A program made the translations under genes and the position numbers. Below the pieces are notes generated by a model. The model saw only the letters and a program-made list of their open reading frames with translations. It had not been told where the DNA came from and did no database searches. Positions 47,251-55,987 of a DNA stretch of 64,000 nucleotides are shown piece after piece. The stretch's first letter is position 1, and each line of letters begins with the position of its first letter. Source of the stretch: Thermoanaerobaculales bacterium. GTDB taxonomy: Bacteria; Acidobacteriota; Thermoanaerobaculia; Thermoanaerobaculales; Sulfomarinibacteraceae. Where the stretch lies: contig JALOLD010000048.1 of assembly GCA_025456145.1 (NCBI GenBank), forward strand, positions 6,731 to 70,730. Reading direction: 5' to 3'.

Positions 47251-48299
47251 GCGCACCGACCGACCGGCTCAGGGTCGCGGTGGCCGGGGCGACCGGCTAT
47301 GTCGGCGGCGAGCTGCTCCGGCTGCTCGCCGACCACCCGGCGGTCGGCGAGCTGCGCGGCGCCTCGACGAGCGCCGCCGGCCGGCGCTGGTCCGAGATCC
47401 ACCCGCACTTCCTCAACCGCCCCGACGACCCGGTCCTCGAGGCCTTCGACCCGGCCGCCCTGGGCGCCTGGGCGGACGTCGTCTTCCTCGCCCTGCCCCA
47501 CGGCGAGTCGCAGCGCGTCGTCGACGCGGTGGCGGAGGGCCGGCCCCAGCTGGTCGTCGACACCGCCGCCGACTTCCGGTTCGCCGATCTCGCGCGCGCC
47601 GAGGCGACCTACGGGCCGCACCGACGGCCCGAGCTCCTCGGAGCGTTCGCCAACGGGCTCGCCGATGTCGAGGGCGAGGCGCTCCGAGGCGCCGACCGGA
47701 TCGCCGTCCCCGGCTGCTTCGCCACCGCGGCCCTGCTCGCCTTGTGGCCCCTCGCGCCGGTGCTCGGGCCCGCCTCCCACCCGGTGTGCTGGGCGGCGAC
47801 CGGGTCGTCGGGCTCGGGCGCGACCGCCAAGCCGACGACCCACCACCCGACGCGGGCCCACAACTTCTTCGCCTACGGTCTCGCCGGTCACCGCCACGAG
47901 GCCGAGCTCGCCGAGCGGCTCGCCGCCTGGTGCGGCCCCGGGGCGCCGCGCTGCTCGCTGCTCACCCACTCCGCGCCGCTGGTCCGCGGGATCCACGCCA
48001 CCCTGCTGGTGCGCCCGGCCGAGCCGGTCGCCGACCCGATGGAGCTCCTCCGGCGGGCCTATCGCGACCGGCCCTTCGTCCACCCCCTCGACCGCCCGCC
48101 CGAGCTCGCGGCGGTGGCCGGGACCAACCACGCCCACCTCCACGCGGCGACCCGCGACGGCGGACGCGAGGTCGTCGTGCTCGCGGTCATCGACAACCTC
48201 GTCAAGGGCGCCGCCGGTCAGGCGGTCCAGGCGATGAACCTCGCCCTCGGGCTCGCCGAGACCGCCGGTCTCGGGCACGGAGGGATGACGCCGTGCTGA
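47247..48299 (+). CDS. argC: N-acyl-gamma-glutamyl-phosphate reductase
   Basis: GATGYVGGELLRLL, LALPHG, VPGCFATA, IDNLVKGAAGQAVQAMN. Confidence 0.93.
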   Translation: MSAPTDRLRVAVAGATGYVGGELLRLLADHPAVGELRGASTSAAGRRWSEIHPHFLNRPDDPVLEAFDPAALGAWADVVFLALPHGESQRVVDAVAEGRPQLVVDTAADFRFADLARAEATYGPHRRPELLGAFANGLADVEGEALRGADRIAVPGCFATAALLALWPLAPVLGPASHPVCWAATGSSGSGATAKPTTHHPTRAHNFFAYGLAGHRHEAELAERLAAWCGPGAPRCSLLTHSAPLVRGIHATLLVRPAEPVADPMELLRRAYRDRPFVHPLDRPPELAAVAGTNHAHLHAATRDGGREVVVLAVIDNLVKGAAGQAVQAMNLALGLAETAGLGHGGMTPC

Positions 48300-49456
48300 C
48301 CCAGGCCAACCCCGCCGAGCTGCCGGTCTACGCGCGGCTCGCCCTGCAGCCCGAGCGCGGCGCCGGCGCCACCGTGGTCGGCGCCGACGGCCGGCGCTTC
48401 CTCGACCTCTACGGCGGCCACGCGGTCGCGGTGAGCGGCCACTGTCACCCGCGGGTCGTCGCCGCGATCCGCGAGCAGGCCGAGCGGCTGCTCTTCTACT
48501 CCAACGCCGTGCCGCTGGCGAGCCGCGACCGGCTGCTGACCATCCTCGCCGAGATGGCGCCCAAGCCCCTCGACCAGGTCTTCCTGGTCAACTCGGGGGC
48601 CGAGGCCAACGACGTCGCGCTCCAGCTCGCCCGGCGGACCACCGGCCGGCGCCGGATCGTCGTTCTCGAGGGCGGCTTCCACGGCCGCACCCTGGCCACC
48701 CTCGCCGCCTCGGGCATCCAGCGCTACCGCGACCTCGCCGACTCGAGCGGCGGCCAGGCCCTGCTCGACCTCACGGTGGTCGCGCCCTGGGACCGGCCCG
48801 AGCGGCTGCCGGCGCTCATCGACGAGACCATCGCCGGGGTCATCGTCGAGCCGGTCCAGGGGCTCGCCGGGGCGCGCGACGTCGGCGCCGAGACGCTAAG
48901 GACGCTGCGCCGGGCCTGCGACGCGGCCGGCGCGGTCCTGATCTTCGACGAGGTCCAGTGCGGCTGCGGCCGGACCGGCGCCTTCACCGCCGCCCAGGCG
49001 ACCGGCGTCACCCCCGATGTCCTGACCCTGGCCAAGGGCATCGCCGCCGGTCTGCCGATGGGCGCGGTGCTGCTGGCGCCGCGGATCGCCCGGCAGGTCG
49101 CCCAGGGCGACCTCGGCACCACCTTCGGCGGCGGACCCTTGCCCTGCGCCGCCGCCGCCGCCAACCTCGAGGTGATCCGCGACGAGGACCTGCCGGGTCG
49201 CGCCCTCGTCCTCGAGCGACGGCTCCGGCGCGGCCTCGCCGACCTCCGGGCGGTGCGCTCGATCTCGGGGCGCGGGCTGCTCCTCGGCGTCGTCCTCGAC
49301 CGTCCCGCCCGCCCCGTCCAGCTCGCGCTCTTCGAGCGCTCGATCCTGGTCGGCTCGGCCAACGATCCCTCGGTCCTCCGCCTCCTGCCGCCCCTCGTCC
49401 TGACCGACGGCGAGGCCGACCACTTCATCGCCGCCCTCCACGAGGTGCTGTCATGA
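48293..49456 (+). CDS. argD: Acylornithine aminotransferase (class III PLP)
   Basis: NSGAEAN, FHGRT, LIFDEVQCGCGRTG, LAKGIAAG, TTFGGGP. Confidence 0.92.
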   Translation: MLTQANPAELPVYARLALQPERGAGATVVGADGRRFLDLYGGHAVAVSGHCHPRVVAAIREQAERLLFYSNAVPLASRDRLLTILAEMAPKPLDQVFLVNSGAEANDVALQLARRTTGRRRIVVLEGGFHGRTLATLAASGIQRYRDLADSSGGQALLDLTVVAPWDRPERLPALIDETIAGVIVEPVQGLAGARDVGAETLRTLRRACDAAGAVLIFDEVQCGCGRTGAFTAAQATGVTPDVLTLAKGIAAGLPMGAVLLAPRIARQVAQGDLGTTFGGGPLPCAAAAANLEVIRDEDLPGRALVLERRLRRGLADLRAVRSISGRGLLLGVVLDRPARPVQLALFERSILVGSANDPSVLRLLPPLVLTDGEADHFIAALHEVLS

Positions 49457-50478
49457 GCCCGCCCCGTCTGATCGGAACCGACGACTGGCCGGACGACGCG
49501 GTCCGCGCCCTCCTGACCCGCGCCGCCGAGCTCAAGGCCGGCGCCGCCGGCCGCTCGCTCGCCGGCAGGACGCTGATCATGGTCTTCCTCAACCCCTCGC
49601 TGCGGACCCGGACCTCCTTCGAGATCGCGATGGCCCGGCACGGCGGCCAGGCGGTGGTCCTCGAGCCGGGCCGGGGGGCGTGGGCGATGGAGACCCGGCA
49701 CGGCGTCGTCATGGACGGCGACGCGGTCGAGCACATCGTCGACGCCGCCCGGGTGCTCGGCCGCTACGGGCAGGCGGTGGCGGTCCGCGCCTTCCCCTCG
49801 GCCACGACCTGGACCGAGGCGCGACGGGACGACGTCGTCCACGCCTTCGCCCGCCACTCCGGAGTGCCGACGATCAACCTCGAGTCGGCGCGGCGCCACC
49901 CCTGCCAGGGCCTCGCCGACGCGCTGACCCTCCAGGAGAGCTTCGGCGAGCGGCCCAAGGGACGCCGCTTCGTCCTCGCCTGGGCCTGGCACCCGCGGCC
50001 GCTGCCCACCGCGGTGCCGGCTTCGGCGGCGATCGCCGCGGCCCGGCTCGGGATGGAGGTGGTCATCGCCCGGCCCCCCGGCTACGACCTCGACCCCGAC
50101 GATGTCGCGGCGATCGAGGCGGTGGCCGGACGCAACGGCGGCTCGCTGTCGATGACCGCCGACCTCGACCAGGCGGTGGCCGGCGCCGACGCGGTCTACG
50201 CCAAGAGCTGGGGCTGCCTCGCCGACTACGGACGGCCCGAGGTGGAGGCCGCCCGGCGGGCGCCGCTGCGCAGCTGGATCGTCGACGAGCGGCGGATGGC
50301 GTCGACCCGCGACGGCGCCGGGATCTTCCTCCACTGCCTGCCGGTGCGGCGCAACGTCGTCGTCACCGACGGCGTGCTCGACGGCGCGTGGTCGCGGGTC
50401 ACCGATCAGGCGGAGAACCGGCTGCACGTCCAGCGGGCGGTGCTCGAGACCATGCTCGAAGGCGAGGTGCGCGGATGA
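49453..50478 (+). CDS. argF: N-acylornithine carbamoyltransferase (ArgF', AOTCase/SOTCase type)
   Basis: NPSLRTRTSF, VMDGDAVEH, WAWHPRPLPTAV and HCLPVRRNV are the signatures of the acylated-ornithine transcarbamylases. Confidence 0.92.
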   Translation: MSPPRLIGTDDWPDDAVRALLTRAAELKAGAAGRSLAGRTLIMVFLNPSLRTRTSFEIAMARHGGQAVVLEPGRGAWAMETRHGVVMDGDAVEHIVDAARVLGRYGQAVAVRAFPSATTWTEARRDDVVHAFARHSGVPTINLESARRHPCQGLADALTLQESFGERPKGRRFVLAWAWHPRPLPTAVPASAAIAAARLGMEVVIARPPGYDLDPDDVAAIEAVAGRNGGSLSMTADLDQAVAGADAVYAKSWGCLADYGRPEVEAARRAPLRSWIVDERRMASTRDGAGIFLHCLPVRRNVVVTDGVLDGAWSRVTDQAENRLHVQRAVLETMLEGEVRG

Positions 50479-51392
50479 CCGAGCTCGTCAACGGACTCAA
50501 GGACGCGTTGGAGTACACCCGGCTCTACCGGGAGCAGGTCTTCGTCGTCAAGCTCGGCGGCGAGGTCCTGTCGTCGGCCGAGGCCCTCGACAACGTGGCG
50601 ATCCAGGTCGCCCTGCTCGAGTCGCTGTCGATCCGGGTCCTCGTGGTGCACGGCGGCGGCCCGCAGGCGAGCGAGCTGTCGCGCCGGATGGGCTTGACCC
50701 CCGAGGTCGTCGCCGGCCGCCGGGTGACCTCGCCCGAGGTCCTCGAGGTGGCCAAGATGGTCTATGGCGGCCGGCTCAACGTCGACGTGGTCGCCGCGCT
50801 GCGCGGCCACGGCGTGTCGGCGGTCGGGCTGACCGGCATCGACGCCGGGTTGGTCACGGTCCACCGGCGGCCGCCGGTCGAGGTCACCGACGACGCCGGC
50901 ACCACCCGGACCGTCGACTTCGGCGAGGTCGGCGACGTCGACTCGGTCGACACGACGCTGCTCGACGTGCTGCTCCCGCGGGGCCACGTCCCGGTGGTCG
51001 CCTCGCTCGCCGCGGACGGCGCCGGCCGGGTGATGAACGTCAACGCCGACACCCTGGCGGCGCGGCTCGCCGCGGCCCTCGGCGCCGAGAAGCTGATCTA
51101 CCTGACCGGCGCCCCGGGGCTGCTGCGCGACGCCGCCGACCCGACCTCGCTGGTCGCCTTCGCGGCGCCCGAGGACCTCCAGGCGCTGCTCGGCTCGGGC
51201 TCGGTCAAGGGCGGGATGCGGCCCAAGGTCGAGGCCTGCCTGACGGCGGTCAAGGGCGGCGTCCGGCGCACCCACATCATCGACGGACGGACCCCCGACG
51301 CGCTGCTCCTCGAGCTCTTCACCGGGGTCGGCAGCGGCACGATGATCGTCGGCGAGCGCGAGAAGCGGAGCTACGAGGCGGCCGGCCGGTGA
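50475..51392 (+). CDS. argB: Acylglutamate kinase
   Basis: VVKLGG, VHGGGPQ, GRRVT, NVNADTLA, GGMRPKV. No fused GNAT domain. Confidence 0.93.
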   Translation: MTELVNGLKDALEYTRLYREQVFVVKLGGEVLSSAEALDNVAIQVALLESLSIRVLVVHGGGPQASELSRRMGLTPEVVAGRRVTSPEVLEVAKMVYGGRLNVDVVAALRGHGVSAVGLTGIDAGLVTVHRRPPVEVTDDAGTTRTVDFGEVGDVDSVDTTLLDVLLPRGHVPVVASLAADGAGRVMNVNADTLAARLAAALGAEKLIYLTGAPGLLRDAADPTSLVAFAAPEDLQALLGSGSVKGGMRPKVEACLTAVKGGVRRTHIIDGRTPDALLLELFTGVGSGTMIVGEREKRSYEAAGR

Positions 51393-52459
51393 TCGACCCG
51401 GTCTCCCTCCTCGTCGACCTCGTCCGGACGCCGAGCCCGTCCGGCGACGAGGGCCGGGCGGCCGGGGTGCTCGCCGACTGGGCGCGGGCGCACCGGCTCG
51501 AGCCGGAGATCGACGACGCCGCGGTCCGGCTGGTCGTCGGCGGGACCCGACCGGGACCGACGCTGCTTCTCGCCTCGCACCTCGACACCGTGCCGCCGGG
51601 CGAGGGGTGGTCGGTCGCGCCCTATGACGGGGTGCTGCGCGACGGCCGGCTGACCGGTCGCGGAGCGGTCGACGCCAAGGCCTCGGTGGCCGCGATGGCG
51701 GCCGCCGCCGCGGCTCTCGCCGCGGCCGGCGGTCCCGCCGCCGGCCGGCTGGTCGTCCTCGCCACCTACTCCGAGGAGACCCGCGACACGACGATGCCGC
51801 GCGCCCTCGAACGGCTGGGCGGCGCCCCGGAGGCCGCGGTGGTCGGCGAGCCGACCTCGCTCGAGCCGTGCATCGCCCAGCGCGGCCAGCTGCTGGTCGA
51901 GCTTTCCTGGACCGGCGACCAGGTCCACGCCGGCTGGGCGGCCGGCCGGCGCCCGGCGCCGGTCAACGCGATCTCGGTCGCGGCCCGCGACCTGGTCGCC
52001 CTCGAGGGGCTGCGGTTCGAGCGTCAGCACCCGCTGCTCGGACCGGTGGCGGTCAACCCGACCGAGATCGCCGCCGGGGTCGCGCGCAACGTCACCCCGC
52101 CCATCTGCTCCGCCATGCTCGACATCCGCACCACCCCGGCCTACGAGCACGCCGAGATCGTGGCGATGCTCCGCGAGCGGCTCGCGGCCCGGGTCGAGGT
52201 CTACTCCGACCGGCTGGTGCCGGCCGAGACCCCGGCCGGCTCGCCTCTCCTCGCGGCGGTGACGAGGGTCCGTCCGGCGTCCGTCCCCTTCGCCTCGCCG
52301 ACCTGCTCGGACTGGGTCTTTCTGCGCCACCTCGACGCGGTCAAGCTCGGGCCCGGCGACTCGCGGCGGTCGCACACCGCCGATGAGGCGATCGAGCTCG
52401 AGGAGGTCCGCGCCGGCGCCCGGCTCTACGCCGACATCGCACGGGAGGTCCTGAGATGA
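51389..52459 (+). CDS. argE: M20 deacylase (ArgE-like; acts on N-acylcitrulline in an ArgF' pathway)
   Basis: SHLDTVP, GRGAVDAK, SEE, GEPT, GPGDSRRSHTADE. Confidence 0.88.
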   Translation: MIDPVSLLVDLVRTPSPSGDEGRAAGVLADWARAHRLEPEIDDAAVRLVVGGTRPGPTLLLASHLDTVPPGEGWSVAPYDGVLRDGRLTGRGAVDAKASVAAMAAAAAALAAAGGPAAGRLVVLATYSEETRDTTMPRALERLGGAPEAAVVGEPTSLEPCIAQRGQLLVELSWTGDQVHAGWAAGRRPAPVNAISVAARDLVALEGLRFERQHPLLGPVAVNPTEIAAGVARNVTPPICSAMLDIRTTPAYEHAEIVAMLRERLAARVEVYSDRLVPAETPAGSPLLAAVTRVRPASVPFASPTCSDWVFLRHLDAVKLGPGDSRRSHTADEAIELEEVRAGARLYADIAREVLR

Positions 52460-53823
52460 AGCGCAGCCTGTGGGGCGACGGCCGAGGGCTCGACGAGTCG
52501 ATCGCGGCCTACACCGCGGGCGACGACCGGCGGTGGGACCAGCGGCTGCTGCGCTGGGACGTCATCGGCACGATGGCCCACGCCGCCGGCCTCGCCCGGA
52601 TCGGGCTGCTGGAGGCGGCCGAGCACGCGGCCCTGGCCGGCGAGCTCGCGCGGACCCTCGCCGACGCCGACGCCGGGATCTTCGCGGTCACCGAGGACGA
52701 CGAGGACGCCCACTCGGCCCTCGAGCACCGGCTCATCGACCGGCTCGGCGAGCTCGGCGAGAAGGTCCACGCCGGCCGGTCGCGCAATGACCAGGTGATG
52801 GCGGCGCTCCGGCTCTACCTGCGCGCCGAGCTGATCGAGCTGCAGCGCGAGGTGATCGCCGCGGCGCGCGCCCTGCTCGGCTTCGGACGGGCCAACGCCT
52901 CGGTCGTCCTGCCCGGTTTCACCCACCTGCGGCGGGCCATGCCGTCGTCGATCGGCCTGTGGGCGGCGGGTTACGCCGAGGTGCTCCTCGACGATCTCGG
53001 GCCGCTCGGCGCCGCTCTCGAGCTCGCCGACCGCGGACCCCTGGGCAGTGCCGCCGGCTACGGCGCGCCGCTGCCCCTCGACCGCCGGGGCGTGTCCGAC
53101 GCCCTCGGCTTCGCCGCGCCCCAGCTCGCCAGCACCGCGGTCCAGCTGTCGCGCGGCAAGCTCGAGGCGGTGGTGCTCGGCGGGCTGTGGACGGTGGCCC
53201 GCGATCTCGCGGCCCTGTCCTGGGACGTCATCCTCTACACCTCCGACGAGCACGGCTATCTGGTGCTGCCCGGCGAGCTCGCGACCGGCTCGAGCATCAT
53301 GCCGCACAAGCACAACCCCGATGTCTTCGAGCTCACCCGCGGCCGCGCCGGGGTGGTCGCCGGGCTCGCGGTCCAGGCGATGGCGGTGGCCGGCTCGCTG
53401 CCCGGCGGCTACCACCGCGATCTGCAGCTCACCAAGGGACCGGTGATGGAGGGGATCGACACCGTCCGGGCGATGCTCCGGATGGTCGCCGACGCGGTGC
53501 CCCGGCTCGGCGTCGACGCCGGGCGCTGCGCCGCATCGCTGTCCGGCGACCTGCTCGCGACCGACGAGGTCTTCCGCCGGGTCCGCGCGGGGGCGCCGTT
53601 CCGCGCCGCCTACCGCGAGGTCGCCGCCGAGATCGCCGGCGGCGCGGTCCCGCCGGCCCTCGAGCCGGCCGAGGTCCTCGCCGTGCGGCGCCACCTCGGG
53701 GGGGCCGGGGCGCCCGCCCTCGACGAGCTCGAGGAGGTCGCCGGACGGGCCGAGCGGCGGCTCGACGAACGCCACCGAGCCGCGTCCTCGGCAATCGACC
53801 GTTTGATCGGGGCGAGCCGGTGA
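52456..53823 (+). CDS. argH: Argininosuccinate lyase
   Basis: HAGRSRNDQV, PGFTHL, TGSSIMPHKHNPDVFEL, GYHRDLQ. Confidence 0.95.
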   Translation: MKRSLWGDGRGLDESIAAYTAGDDRRWDQRLLRWDVIGTMAHAAGLARIGLLEAAEHAALAGELARTLADADAGIFAVTEDDEDAHSALEHRLIDRLGELGEKVHAGRSRNDQVMAALRLYLRAELIELQREVIAAARALLGFGRANASVVLPGFTHLRRAMPSSIGLWAAGYAEVLLDDLGPLGAALELADRGPLGSAAGYGAPLPLDRRGVSDALGFAAPQLASTAVQLSRGKLEAVVLGGLWTVARDLAALSWDVILYTSDEHGYLVLPGELATGSSIMPHKHNPDVFELTRGRAGVVAGLAVQAMAVAGSLPGGYHRDLQLTKGPVMEGIDTVRAMLRMVADAVPRLGVDAGRCAASLSGDLLATDEVFRRVRAGAPFRAAYREVAAEIAGGAVPPALEPAEVLAVRRHLGGAGAPALDELEEVAGRAERRLDERHRAASSAIDRLIGASR

Positions 53824-54293
53824 TGAGCGCCGTCGAGCGCCGCCGCCGCGCCATCCTCGAGCTCGTCGCCTCGCGCCGGCTCGAGACCCAGGAGCAGCTC
53901 GTCGCGGCCCTCGTCGAGCGCGGGCTCGGGGCGAGCCAGGCCTCGGTGTCGCGCGACATCGCGGCGCTCCGGCTGGTCAAGCTCGACGGCCGCTGGGCGG
54001 CCCCCGCCCTCGCCCCGCCGACCACCGACCCCAACGAGGAGCGGATCGCCGGCCGGCTGCTCGCCGTCGCCGCGGCGGGCGACCACCTGCTGGTGCTCTC
54101 GACGCCGCCCGGCGAGGCCCAGGGGGTGGCGCTCGCCCTCGACCGTCTCGCCCTCTCGGGCGTCGTCGGGACGGTCGCCGGCGACGACACGATCTTCGTC
54201 GCGGTGGTCGACGGCGCCGCCGCCGCCGCCCTCGCCGGGCGGCTCGGCGCCCTGATCCGCGGGTCGGCGACGCCTAGCCCGGAGCGCGCCTGA
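53823..54293 (+). CDS. argR: Arginine repressor
   Basis: TQEQLV, SQASVSRDI, GTVAGDDTIF. Confidence 0.93.
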   Translation: MSAVERRRRAILELVASRRLETQEQLVAALVERGLGASQASVSRDIAALRLVKLDGRWAAPALAPPTTDPNEERIAGRLLAVAAAGDHLLVLSTPPGEAQGVALALDRLALSGVVGTVAGDDTIFVAVVDGAAAAALAGRLGALIRGSATPSPERA

Positions 54294-54356
54294 CCCCTGG
54301 AATCAGGCTGAGGCTTCTTCGTTCCAGATCCGGCACCCGATGCGACGTCCCGGAAA

Positions 54357-54389
54357 CCGTCGCAAGCGCGAAGGCACGAAGACACGAAG
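54357..54389 (+). repeat. Third copy of the 33-bp CACGAAG-type repeat
   Basis: CCGTCGCAAGCGCGAAGGCACGAAGACACGAAG; 28/33 identical to 5808-5840. Confidence 0.7.
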
Positions 54390-54513
54390 GGGATGGTGGT
54401 GCGGGCGTCCCGCTCGCAGTCTTGCGATCGACTGGATCGAGATACCGATGGCTGGGGCGAGCGTGAGTCGGGGCCGGTCAGGCCCTGAGCGAACCGGACA
54501 GGTACGGTTCGGG

Positions 54514-55311
54514 CTAGGGGCTGGTCAAGGACCAGAAGCCGGTCGTCCCGTCCTCGAAACCGTCGGCGAAGACGAGGTCGGTGGCGAACGGCCACTCGAC
54601 CTGCCGGGCCTGGTAGACCTCGGCCGGGGCGGTCGCCGGGACGGGGTCCTGGGCCCAGGCGGTGAGCTGGATCTGGTCGTACAGGTTCCAGCTCGTAGCG
54701 TCGAAGGTGATCGGCTGGACGACGGTCTCACAGGCGCCGGCGGCGACCGCGATGTCGACCCCGGCGAGACCCTGCATCACCGTGTTGCGGTTGTAGGACT
54801 CGGTCAGGGGGTAGGTCGCGAGCGACTGGACGACGAACACCCGCATCGTCTTGCCCGTCCCGCCCGGCTCGACGCACACCTCGACCGAGACCTCGAAGGT
54901 CGGGCCGGCGAGCTGGGTCGCCATGATGTCGACCGTGACATCGGTGGGAATCGCCTGCCGGGCGATGAGCTTGCTCTCGAAGGTGCTGATCGGCCAGGCG
55001 TCGAACAGCCCGTCGTAGTAGTACGACGGGTAGCCGAGGAAGATCGGGTCGTAGAAGGCCTTGCGGGCGTCACCCCAGGGGGTGGCGTAGCTGTCGGTGT
55101 GGTGGATCGAGATCGACGCGAACGTGTCGGGGTAGGTCTCGACGAGGTACGTGACCGTGGGACCCGCGGTCGTGCAGGTGCCTCACCAGTCCGCCGTGAT
55201 GTACTCCCCGAGCACCGTACGCTCCGCCGAGAAGACCTCTCCGACCGTGAAGATCGCCGCGGCGAGCGCCGCGCCGACCACCAGGGAAGCTCCGAAGGGC
55301 CCTGTTCTCAT
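54514..55311 (-). CDS. Predicted selenoprotein A: secreted Omp28-like thioredoxin-fold protein, W-U-G-T-C, 265 aa
   Basis: GAGGAGG before ATG 55311; signal peptide; ...EYITADW-TGA(55185-55183, codon 43)-GTC-TTAGP... continues in frame into ORF 54514-54924; ends VFADGFEDGTTGFWSLTSP. Confidence 0.85.
55153..55171 (-). promoter_or_regulatory. Candidate bacterial SECIS hairpin A
   Basis: GACCGCGG-GTC-CCACGGTC, starting 11 nt after the TGA; 7 of 8 pairs (one C.A mismatch). Confidence 0.7.
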
Positions 55312-55331
55312 GATCGCCTCCTCCTCGGCGA

Positions 55332-55368
55332 AGATTGTATACAATCGCTCTCACATTGTATACAATCT
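55332..55368. promoter_or_regulatory. Twin palindromic operators ATTGTATACAAT in the divergent promoter region
   Basis: GATTGTATACAATC (55333-55346) and ATTGTATACAAT (55355-55366); centres 21 bp apart. Confidence 0.8.
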
Positions 55369-55420
55369 GCAAGCGTCAGCCCAACGACCCGGCGACGGGT
55401 CGGGGCGCCGGAGGTGGCCG

Positions 55421-55987
55421 GTGACGGAAGCTCGCTCGCGCAGGACCAACCTCGCGATCGCTCGCCCGATGTGGCTCGCGATCGTGCTCGTCGCGGTCGC
55501 CGCGACCGCCGCCGCCGGGCCGCCGCCCGACTTCCGGCTCCAGGACCTCGACGGAAACTGGGTCACCCTGTCCGACCACGTCGGCAAGGACGTGGTCTAT
55601 GTGACCTTCTGGGCGACCTGGTGCGTGCCCTGTCGGCGCGAGATGCCCTACCTCCAGCAGCTCCACGAGGACCTCGCCGACCGGGGCCTGACGATCATCG
55701 GGGTCAACACCGACCCGCCGGGGACGACGAGCAAGATCAAGCCCTACATCAAGCAGTACAAGATCGGCTACCTCACCGTCCTCGACCCGAACAACAACGT
55801 CCTCGACAAGTACAACCCGACCCGCGAGCTGCCCTACGCGGTGCTCGTCGACCGCACGGGCAACGTCCACGAGGTCTTCGCCGGCTACCGCAAGGGCGAC
55901 GAGGTGCGGCTGCGCGAGAAGGTCCTCGAGCTGCTCGACGCACCGACCGGCGGGGAGGGGGAGGCTCCGTCCGGTGACCCGAGCTAG
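55421..55987 (+). CDS. TlpA/ResA-family thiol-disulfide reductase
   Basis: GGAGG before GTG 55421 (alternative ATG 55469); signal or anchor segment; PDFRLQDLDG, FWATWCVPCRREMP, LPYAVLVDRTG. Confidence 0.92.
   Translation: MTEARSRRTNLAIARPMWLAIVLVAVAATAAAGPPPDFRLQDLDGNWVTLSDHVGKDVVYVTFWATWCVPCRREMPYLQQLHEDLADRGLTIIGVNTDPPGTTSKIKPYIKQYKIGYLTVLDPNNNVLDKYNPTRELPYAVLVDRTGNVHEVFAGYRKGDEVRLREKVLELLDAPTGGEGEAPSGDPS

Noticed and set aside
55151-55420. N-terminal extension of the TlpA ORF, and ORFs 55070-55372 and 54804-55073
   Set aside because: They overlap selenoprotein A and the operator region in other frames and have no protein-like features.
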